A DNA stretch of 64,000 bases, from assembly GCA_963733745.1 (NCBI GenBank), contig CAVTFE010000088.1:79266-143265 (forward strand). The letters are read 5' to 3'. The notes below the pieces were generated by a model, which saw nothing but the letters and a program-made list of their open reading frames with translations, had not been told where the DNA came from and did no database searches. Each line of letters begins with the position of its first letter. The stretch's first letter is position 1. Shown here piece after piece: positions 56,828 to 64,000 of the stretch. The translations under genes were made by a program, and so were the position numbers. This DNA comes from an uncultured bacterium (GTDB taxonomy: Bacteria; Chloroflexota; Ktedonobacteria; Ktedonobacterales; JADMIN01).

Positions 56828-59800
56828 ATGTCAAACTCGTTCGATAGATCGGCGATCTTCCAGAGCTTTCTGGATGAGGTTGGCGCCTACCTGCCGAGCA
56901 TCCAGGCGCGGCTGGACCGGCTGCAACAGGCGCCGCAGGATCGCGAGAGCCTCGAAGAGGCGTACCGGCACGCCCATACCATCACCGGTTCGGCGGGCAT
57001 GATGGGCTTTACGGGACTGGCGCGCATCGCGCAGGGCATGGAAGAGACGCTCTACGCCGCGCTGCATGGCGGCGCGCCGCTCGACGCGCCAACCATCGCG
57101 TTGCTGCGTCGTTCCCACAGCCGCCTGGGGCGGCTTGTTGCGCTCATCAAGACAGGCTCCGACGACGCCAGCCTCGTTGCCGAGGATGACTCCGACCGCG
57201 TGGCCTGGCGTGGCGCATCTCAGACGCCATCCAACGGGCTATCCAATGGCTTCGCCAGCAGCGGCGTGTACGCGCCCGCAGCCAGCGATCCCCATGCGCG
57301 TTCAGGCGTGCGGCCAGATCCATGGGCGTCGTCTCGCGCGGACATGGAAACCCATAGCGCGCCGATGGTCTCCTCTGGCCCCGGGATGGAGTCGGCGGGC
57401 TTGCCGACGCAGGTGAATGAGGGCGCGCTCCAGTCTCCTCTGGACGACCTGCGCGCGGAGTCCGATGTGATCCGGCGGCAGGTGGGAGCGCTGCGTGAGG
57501 TCGTCTCGCGCCTGCGCGACGCCGCGCAGAAGATGGAGGGCGAGCGCGCCGAGCTACGCACCTTCCTAGACGGGTCGGATTCGGCGCTGGCGCGGCTGGA
57601 GGCATGGGTTGGGAAGCAGATGGGGCTGAATCTGGAGCAGAGCGCGGACTCCGCGCGCCGTTATCTGCCCCTCTCGGTCGTCTGGGTCATCGCCATGCGC
57701 TTGAAGAATCTCGTGGCGCTACTGTACGACTCCAGCCGCACACTCACCGTCTCGCAGGAGCAGATGGATGAGACGCTTGGCGAGCTGCAGAGCGCCGTCG
57801 AAGCCGCCTCACGCTTTAGCGGCGCGATGACCCAGGTCACGGGCGGTGCGCAGAACGGCTTCAGCGCGACTGTCGCGCAGTTCGCCTGGCAGCCAGCGCC
57901 CGCCAACAGCGCGGAGGCTCTCTCACCTGGCGCGCGCGCCGAACTCGAACGCTCCGTGCGCGAGGAGCTGCGGCGTTCGCTGGAAGATAGCGTGCGCGAC
58001 GAGATCGCCGCCGTGGTGCGGCGCGAAGAAGAGCAGCGGCTGCGCCACGAGATCGAGATTCAGGTGCGCCGCCAGTTCTTGAGTGAGATGGGTCCAGGAG
58101 GAGGCTCAGGGCCGATCTCGCAGACGCTGCCGACCGTACACACGCCGCGCGAGCAAGGCCCGCGGCAGGTGCAGGCGAGCAGCGAGCAATCATCGGAGGC
58201 GCTAGAGGTCTTCCGTGACGAGGCGCAGGAGCATCTTTCCACCATCACGGATGGCATTCGTGCGCTGGAGCGTTCGCCCGGCGACCTAGAGGCGATCAAC
58301 GCGATTCGCCGCGCGACCCACACGCTCAAGGGTGCGGCTGGCATGATGGGATTTACCGCGATCCAGACCATCTCGCACGACTCTGAGGATCTGCTGGAGC
58401 AACTGGCGGACGGGCGCATCGCCTTTGACGCGGCGATCATGCGGCTGATCCTCGATACCGCCGACGCGCTGGACCAACTCATCTCCCGGCGCGCCAACAC
58501 GCCAGAGGAACAGCAGGCGCTGCTGCGCTCGCTGAACGGGCGTTACGCCAGTCTCATCGGCGCCAGTTCGATTTCTCAGGAGAGAGCGCTCAATGGCGCG
58601 ATCGACGCCAGCCCCGCCAGCGGCGCAAACCTGTCGATTCCGCAGGCGCCGACCCGCGTCGAGACGGCGCTGACCGATCATCCTGAGGTCAACGAGGGGC
58701 CGGACCTGAATGTGCGTTTGCAGTTGAGTAAGCTGGACGACCTGGTGAACCTGTTTGGCGATATCCTCGTCAGTCGCTCTGTCGTCGAGGAGCGCATGGG
58801 CCGTCTCAACGCCTTGATCGCCGACGCCGTGCAGGCGAGTAACCGTCTGCGTGAGGTCGGCGGGCAACTGGAGACGCGCTTCGAGGCGACCACGCTTTCC
58901 AGCGGGCGCACGAACAATAACTTGCCTGACCTTTTTCCGCGCGGCGCGGCCAGCCTCCCGTTCGCCAACCGCAGCGACTCCACACACACCAGCGACTTCG
59001 ACGATCTGGAGATCGACCGCTATACCGAGTTCCACCGCCTTACGCGCATCCTGAGCGAGAGTGTCGCCGATGTCGGCACTCTCAGCCACGAGATGGAGAC
59101 GCTCGCGCGCGATATGCACAGCACCGTCGCGCGCGAGAACCGGCTCAGCTCGGAGTTCCAGGATCGCCTGCTCAAGGCGCGCCTCGTGCCGCTGGAGTCG
59201 CTAGTTCCGCGCCTGTATCGAGCGGCGCGTGGGACCGCGCTGGCGGAGGGCAAGGAGATCGAGTTCTACGTCGAGGGCGCCGACACCGAGGTGGACCGCA
59301 AGGTCATCGAGGAAGTGGAGACGCCGCTGCTCCATCTCGTACGCAACGCCGTCAGTCATGGCGTCGAGAATCCGCGCGCGCGCGAGAAAGCGGGGAAGCC
59401 ACGTGCGGGCAAGATCATCCTCTCCGCCACGTATGAGGGCAATCAGGTCGCGATCTCCGTGCGCGACGACGGCGCGGGCATTGACCCCAACCACATTCGC
59501 TCCGTCGCGATCCAGCGTGGCTGGGTTGACTCCTCGACGCAACTCAGCGAGCGCGAGGCGATCAATCTGCTCTTCCAGACAGGCGTCTCGACCGCCGAGA
59601 AGGTGACACAACAGAGCGGACGTGGCGTTGGCCTGGACGTGGTGCGCGAGATCGTGACGCAGTTGCGTGGCATGATCGAGGTGGACTCGCAGCCGGGCCA
59701 GGGCAGCGTCTTCACGATGAAGTTCCCGCTGACGCTGCAAATCGCGCGCGCCGTGCTCGTGCGCGCGGGCCCACAGATGGTCGCCATTCCCATGGCGGTG

Positions 59801-60700
59801 GTCGAGGAGATCGGGCGGCTGGATTACTACCAGCGCGCGCCCGGCGACATCCAGGCGCTGCAAGCGCAGGGGGCGCGCTATGCGCTGACCCATCTCGCCG
59901 CGTATCTGGACGGCAAGCCGGCGCCGATGGACGACCGCACGCCGGTGCTGCTGGTCAACGCGGGTGGGCGGTATATCGCGTTGATGGTGGATACCATCGT
60001 CAGTCAGCAGGAACTCGTGCGTAAGCCGCTGGGGCCGCACCTGCGCGATGTGGCGGGCGTGGCGGGTGCGGCGGCGTTGGGCAATGGCCAGGTCGTCGTC
60101 ATCCTGGAGTTGAACGAGTTGCTCGCTCGCGAGCCACATAGCCAGATTCGCGCGCCGGAGCCAGGCACGCGTCTGCCGGGCCGCGCCGAGGCGCCGAGGG
60201 CGTCGTTCGGTCCGCTGCCAGGCGCGCCACCGCCGCCACAATCCACTGGCCCAATGCGCGCGATAGACTTTGGCCGCTCCGCGTCTGGCCCTATGCCGCG
60301 CCTGGGCGCGCAGTATCAGCCCAGTGGCCCGTATCTGCTGGTGGTGGACGATAGCCCCAGCGTGCGACGCGTCGTCAGCAACATGCTGAAGGCGAATGGC
60401 TGGGAGGTCGTGACGTCGCGCGACGGCGTCGAAGCGCTGGAACAGATCGCGCGGGAGCGTCCGGCGGCGGTGCTGCTGGATATCGAGATGCCGCGTATGG
60501 ACGGCTATGAGTTGATGGCCTCGATTCGCGCGCAGGAGCAGTACCGTGATCTTCCGCTGATCGCGCTGACCTCACGCGCGGCCAGCAAGCATCGCCAGCG
60601 TGCGATGCAGCTTGGCGCCAACGAGTACATCATCAAGCCGTACCAGGACCAGGAGTTGCTCGCCATTATCAACCGGCTGGTCCAGACGCGCGCCCGCTAG
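56828..60700 (+). CDS. cheA: hybrid CheA-type histidine kinase (2 Hpt, HATPase, CheW, C-terminal receiver; ChpA/PilL-like)
   Basis: Hpt His boxes YRHAHTITGSAGMMGF and IRRATHTLKGAAGMMGF. HLVRNAVSHGVE and GRGVGLDVV. Receiver LLVVDDS..LLDIEMPRMDG..EYIIKPY. Confidence 0.9.
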   Translation: MSNSFDRSAIFQSFLDEVGAYLPSIQARLDRLQQAPQDRESLEEAYRHAHTITGSAGMMGFTGLARIAQGMEETLYAALHGGAPLDAPTIALLRRSHSRLGRLVALIKTGSDDASLVAEDDSDRVAWRGASQTPSNGLSNGFASSGVYAPAASDPHARSGVRPDPWASSRADMETHSAPMVSSGPGMESAGLPTQVNEGALQSPLDDLRAESDVIRRQVGALREVVSRLRDAAQKMEGERAELRTFLDGSDSALARLEAWVGKQMGLNLEQSADSARRYLPLSVVWVIAMRLKNLVALLYDSSRTLTVSQEQMDETLGELQSAVEAASRFSGAMTQVTGGAQNGFSATVAQFAWQPAPANSAEALSPGARAELERSVREELRRSLEDSVRDEIAAVVRREEEQRLRHEIEIQVRRQFLSEMGPGGGSGPISQTLPTVHTPREQGPRQVQASSEQSSEALEVFRDEAQEHLSTITDGIRALERSPGDLEAINAIRRATHTLKGAAGMMGFTAIQTISHDSEDLLEQLADGRIAFDAAIMRLILDTADALDQLISRRANTPEEQQALLRSLNGRYASLIGASSISQERALNGAIDASPASGANLSIPQAPTRVETALTDHPEVNEGPDLNVRLQLSKLDDLVNLFGDILVSRSVVEERMGRLNALIADAVQASNRLREVGGQLETRFEATTLSSGRTNNNLPDLFPRGAASLPFANRSDSTHTSDFDDLEIDRYTEFHRLTRILSESVADVGTLSHEMETLARDMHSTVARENRLSSEFQDRLLKARLVPLESLVPRLYRAARGTALAEGKEIEFYVEGADTEVDRKVIEEVETPLLHLVRNAVSHGVENPRAREKAGKPRAGKIILSATYEGNQVAISVRDDGAGIDPNHIRSVAIQRGWVDSSTQLSEREAINLLFQTGVSTAEKVTQQSGRGVGLDVVREIVTQLRGMIEVDSQPGQGSVFTMKFPLTLQIARAVLVRAGPQMVAIPMAVVEEIGRLDYYQRAPGDIQALQAQGARYALTHLAAYLDGKPAPMDDRTPVLLVNAGGRYIALMVDTIVSQQELVRKPLGPHLRDVAGVAGAAALGNGQVVVILELNELLAREPHSQIRAPEPGTRLPGRAEAPRASFGPLPGAPPPPQSTGPMRAIDFGRSASGPMPRLGAQYQPSGPYLLVVDDSPSVRRVVSNMLKANGWEVVTSRDGVEALEQIARERPAAVLLDIEMPRMDGYELMASIRAQEQYRDLPLIALTSRAASKHRQRAMQLGANEYIIKPYQDQELLAIINRLVQTRAR

Positions 60701-60719
60701 CTTTCGCAGGGGGCAGACC

Positions 60720-60935
60720 ATGAACATGGGACGTGAGCGCGGCATTCTGCGCTGGGAATTACATCATTCGCTGTTGGCGCAACGGCTGGCGCGTGTCGAG
60801 GAGACGCTGGAGGGGATGGCCGAGCCGAAGGGCGCGCGTGAGCGTGAGCGGCTGGAGCAACTCACCCGCGAGCGTGAAGACCTCCAGCGCAAACTCCAGG
60901 CCCTCGGTCCCTCACCCAGCGCCAAGATGGGATAG
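60720..60935 (+). CDS. hypothetical small coiled-coil protein at the 3' end of the chemosensory operon
   Basis: 71-aa ORF starting 20 nt after the cheA stop. Heptad-like, Glu/Arg/Leu-rich. Confidence 0.45.
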   Translation: MNMGRERGILRWELHHSLLAQRLARVEETLEGMAEPKGARERERLEQLTREREDLQRKLQALGPSPSAKMG

Positions 60936-60937
60936 GC

Positions 60938-61800
60938 GATGACGTCCTACCTGGACGCTACCTGATGGCGAGCATGAGCAGGTCTGGGCGGAACTCGTAG
61001 CGCTTGGCGCCGTTGTGCGCGAGGAGCGACTCTACTCCGACATCTGGGCAGTCGCCTGCGAGACGATGCGCAGGGTCAGATACAACATCGAACTCCTGAT
61101 ACCACGCCTGGAGTCGTTTGGCTACCAGTTCGGCCACTCCTGGCTGTCGCCGGATGAGCCGCATGCCCACCCTCCGGTCTTCACGCCTCCAGCGCAGGAT
61201 GTTCATGAGATTATCGCGGAGTTCGAGCGGCATGGGCGTATCCTGCCGCTCTCGCTGCGCGCTTCTTATGAGGTCGTCGGCTCGGTCAACTTCGTCGGGA
61301 CGCCGCCGGAGGCGTGGACAGATGGCGAAGCAAGCCAGATGGGCTGGACGCGCTATACCTCTACCCAGCAGATGCGGAGATGTTGAACGACGCGGAATCC
61401 TGGGAAGAACATTACGGCGGGCTGACTGAGGAAGAATGGGATTTACCTGGCGAGGATGAAGAAGACTTATGCGATCGCCGCGCCTATTACGCCTGCCACG
61501 TGATTGCTGGCTGGTCTGTATTGCTCCAGACGAATGCTCAAGTACGACATCAGCGGCTGCGGCGGATACGACATCGCCGTGCCGAATCCAGCGGCGGATG
61601 CGCGCCTGCTGACTGAGTGGCATCGCACGACATTCGTGAATTATCTGCGCATCTGCTTCCGCTACGCGGGCTTTCCCGGGTGGGAGAGGCTGGAGCGGAC
61701 CAAGACCAGATCACCGCGCTACCTGCCCTTACCGATGGTCTGCTACCACTGTAGGGCTGTTCGCCACCATCTTATCATGCCCCGCCTCATCCCAGGATGA
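60938..61800 (+). pseudogene. hypothetical gene broken by about 3 frameshifts
   Basis: Protein-like pieces lie in three frames: MTSYLDAT / LPDGEHEQVWAEL..YSDIWAVACETMRRV..SLRASYEVVGSVNFVGTPPEAW / GLDALYLYPADAEML / KYDISGCGGYDIAVPNPAADARLLTEWHRTTFVNYLRICFRYAGFPGWE. Confidence 0.5.
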
Positions 61801-62902
61801 AGTTGGCGACCGCCTCGCCGACCTCGCTCGTCGTGCTGGGCTTCCCCTTGCCGGCTATGTCCTTCGTGCGATAACCCGCCGTGACGGCCCGCTGCACCGC
61901 GCGCTCGACCGCGGTCGCCTCGCGCTTGAGGCCGAGCGAGTAGCGTAGGAGCAGCGCCGCGCTCAGGATCGTCGCCAGGGGGTTGGCGGTGTTCTTCCCT
62001 GCGTGGTGGGTCGCCGTACCGTGGATCGGCTCATAGAGGCCGAACTGGCCATGCTTCGTGCGCTTCGTCCCCAGGCTCGCCGAGGGCAGCATTCCCAGCG
62101 ACCCAGCCAGCATCGAGGCCTCGTCGGTGAGGATGTCGCCGAACATGTTCTCCGTCACGATCACATCAAACGAACTGGGACGGCGGATCAGCGCCATCGC
62201 GCAGGCGTCGACGAAGATCTGCTCGACCTCGATATCGGGATACTCCGGCGCGAGGCGATCCACCACACGCCGCCAGAGCCGCGATGAGGCCAGCACGTTC
62301 GCCTTGTCTACCGAGGTGAGCCGTTTGCGCCGCCCACGCGCCAGTTCGAAGCCGAAGCGCAGGGCGCGCTCGATCTCCGCCTCGGTGTAGGTGAGCGTGT
62401 CAATCGCCGACGCGCCGGAGGATGATTCGCGGATCTCGCTGGGTCGCCCGTAGTAGAGGCCGCCGGTCAGCTCGCGGACGACGATCATATCCACGCCACG
62501 CAGCGTCTCGCGCTTGAGCGTCGCGCCTTGCGCCAGCGCTGGAATTGTCTTGACCGGACGCACATTGGCGAAAAGTTCCAGCTCTTTGCGCAGGCGATAG
62601 AGGCCGTATTCTGGCTGCTGTGGATCGTCTGGCCGCCCGACGCCCGCGCCGCCAACCGCGCCAAAGAGGATCGCGTCGCTTTCACGGCAGCGCGCCACTG
62701 TCGCGTCGCTGATGCCTGCGCCCTCACGAGCGATGGCTTCCTGGCCGATTAGCGCCTCCTGCATCTGGAAGCTATGCCCGTAGCGCGCCTCCACAGCGCG
62801 TAAGGCCCGCAACGCCTCGGCGATGACCTCCGGCCCAACGCCATCTCCCGGCAGTACGACAATCGAAAACGTCCCCACAGCCTGCTCCTCAATACTGCTC
62901 AA
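61787..62902 (-). CDS. leuB: 3-isopropylmalate dehydrogenase
   Basis: FSIVVLPGDGVGPEV, NMFGDILTDEASMLAGSLGMLPSASL. Confidence 0.95.
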   Translation of the reverse strand: MSSIEEQAVGTFSIVVLPGDGVGPEVIAEALRALRAVEARYGHSFQMQEALIGQEAIAREGAGISDATVARCRESDAILFGAVGGAGVGRPDDPQQPEYGLYRLRKELELFANVRPVKTIPALAQGATLKRETLRGVDMIVVRELTGGLYYGRPSEIRESSSGASAIDTLTYTEAEIERALRFGFELARGRRKRLTSVDKANVLASSRLWRRVVDRLAPEYPDIEVEQIFVDACAMALIRRPSSFDVIVTENMFGDILTDEASMLAGSLGMLPSASLGTKRTKHGQFGLYEPIHGTATHHAGKNTANPLATILSAALLLRYSLGLKREATAVERAVQRAVTAGYRTKDIAGKGKPSTTSEVGEAVANFILG

Positions 62903-63069
62903 CCCGTCTGGCGCATGGCGCGCCTGCCGAGTATAGGTCCGCTATCATGCGCGGGTCAAGCAGCGCTTAGATTGTTTGGATGACGCCGCAATGGTTGACT
63001 GCCATGGTACGCTGGTCGTGCGCAACGGCGCGCGGTGGACGTACCCTAAAGTCGGAAGGGAACGATGTC

Positions 63070-63249
63070 ATGGGCCTGATCCTCACCATTATCGGCGTTC
63101 TCCTGATCATCCTCGGAGTCGTGCAGCATTACACCTTGATTCTCGGCAACAGCATCCTGCACCTGAGTCTCTACCTCGCCATCGCTGGCGCCGTGGTGCT
63201 TGTCGTCGGCGTCTTCATGTGGTTCCGCGGGCGCAGCGCGGCGGCGTAG
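63070..63249 (+). CDS. hypothetical small two-TM membrane protein
   Basis: MGLILTIIGVLLIILGVV..LSLYLAIAGAVVLVVGVFMWF. GGAAGGG upstream. Confidence 0.5.
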   Translation: MGLILTIIGVLLIILGVVQHYTLILGNSILHLSLYLAIAGAVVLVVGVFMWFRGRSAAA

Positions 63250-63421
63250 TCGCGCACCTATTTCCTTATTCAGACCGGCGACTCCAGATCAATAGCCTTC
63301 TGGAGCGCCGGTTTCCTCTTATGCGGACTCCGCTTGACCCGTTGCGGAACCAATGCTAGAAGTCTGGCCGGAAAGTGGCTGGACGTGGTCATGAGTGACG
63401 CTAGCAGGCCACGTAGCGCCG

Positions 63422-64000
63422 CTAGCGCGACCAAGCGCCGCGGTCGGTAAGAGCGTGTGCCAGTAAAAGGAGCCAGACTGCGGCCGTGAACACGACCGCC
63501 GAGGTGGCCGAACCGAAAAAGATGCCCCAGCTCGGTGGGTGGGCCAGACCTTGGCCGGCCAGCAGCGTGAGGTTGGCGACCGTAGCGGCCATGGCCAGTT
63601 GCAAGAGCGTCTTGGCTCGGCCAACGAAGCGCGCTTGGCGCAGACCGAGCTGCACCAGGCGGGCCAGGCGGTGTTCGGCGGCTTGTCGCCGGCGACGGAC
63701 TTCCCCGAAGGCGGGGCTCCGCTGGAAGGCACGCGCCGCCTGGAGCAGCCGTTCCTGGGGATGGAGGAGGACGGTGCGCCCCGTCCGGCGAGTCGTGCGA
63801 CTGTTGGGCTCCGTCAGGCACTGCGCGCGCAAGGGGCAGGCGGCGCAGACAGCCACCGGGAAGATGAAGACCTGGCGCCCCTTGCCACACGGCGCCAGCC
63901 TGGCCGTGGCCCCGCCGGCGGGGCAGGTACAGGTCGGCCCCGTGGCCGCGTCCAGATCGATTTGGAAGGCGGTCTTGGGAAAGCCGCCGTGGTTGGGCAG
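63422..64000 (-). CDS. IS1182/IS5-like DDE transposase, C-terminal part (runs off the window)
   Basis: CAACPLRAQC...LLHPQERLLQAAR..F..YRRRQAAEHRLARLVQLGLRQARFVGRAKTLLQLAMAATVANL is the typical C-terminal module of this transposase family. Confidence 0.75.
   Translation of the reverse strand: MPNHGGFPKTAFQIDLDAATGPTCTCPAGGATARLAPCGKGRQVFIFPVAVCAACPLRAQCLTEPNSRTTRRTGRTVLLHPQERLLQAARAFQRSPAFGEVRRRRQAAEHRLARLVQLGLRQARFVGRAKTLLQLAMAATVANLTLLAGQGLAHPPSWGIFFGSATSAVVFTAAVWLLLLAHALTDRGAWSR

Noticed and set aside
63250-63421. Terminal inverted repeat of the IS1182/IS5-like element
   Set aside because: The other end of the element lies outside the window, so no repeat pair can be verified and the boundary was not annotated.
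1-64000. tRNA, rRNA, tmRNA, RNase P or SRP RNA genes
   Set aside because: Scanning the intergenic regions by eye found no cloverleaf-compatible sequence with a GTTCGAATC-like T-arm and no conserved boxes of these RNAs. A tRNAscan/Infernal run would be needed for certainty.

Overview
High-GC (roughly 63-65% by eye) bacterial chromosomal segment with about 55 protein-coding genes. No rRNA, tRNA or CRISPR array was seen. The gene content suggests a Chloroflexota/Ktedonobacteria-like organism (IscB/TnpB elements, IS630 copies, several ECF sigma factors, many lipoproteins, a PATAN/Pil-Chp-type chemosensory cluster). That placement is inference only.

Housekeeping genes recognised with confidence: ybaB-recR, recA, dprA, queF, dapB, thiL, ndk, leuB, chrA, an aquaporin, a purine phosphoribosyltransferase and an FtsX-type ABC permease.

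Mobile and accessory content is dense:
- An apparently intact IscB nuclease (8760-10064, minus) sits behind about 250 nt of highly structured non-coding sequence, as expected for its omega/HEARO guide RNA. This is the most system-like element in the window, and it belongs to an already described class.
- There is one intact TnpB (12756-13976) and one multiply frameshifted TnpB (1271-2550). No TnpA is present.
- Two decayed IS630 elements are inserted back to back at a single TA inside a small membrane-protein gene, which can be rebuilt in frame.
- A partial IS1182/IS5-like transposase lies at the right edge.

Other observations worth a second look:
- Three co-oriented copies of the dprA 3' terminus bracket two single-gene segments.
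- A low-GC cassette encodes a perfect (DINRG)x8 repeat and is flanked by a 14-bp tandem motif.
- An ECF sigma gene overlaps (ATGA) an MGMT plus Ada-zinc-finger fusion gene.
- Two CHAP-amidase paralogs sit behind roughly 0.8-kb lower-GC leaders.
- A complete PATAN/PilG/PilH/CheW/MCP/CheA-REC chemosensory operon is present.

Several non-mobile genes look frameshifted, so sequence quality or real pseudogenisation needs checking. All coordinates for starts, RNA ends and IS ends are hand-derived and approximate where stated.
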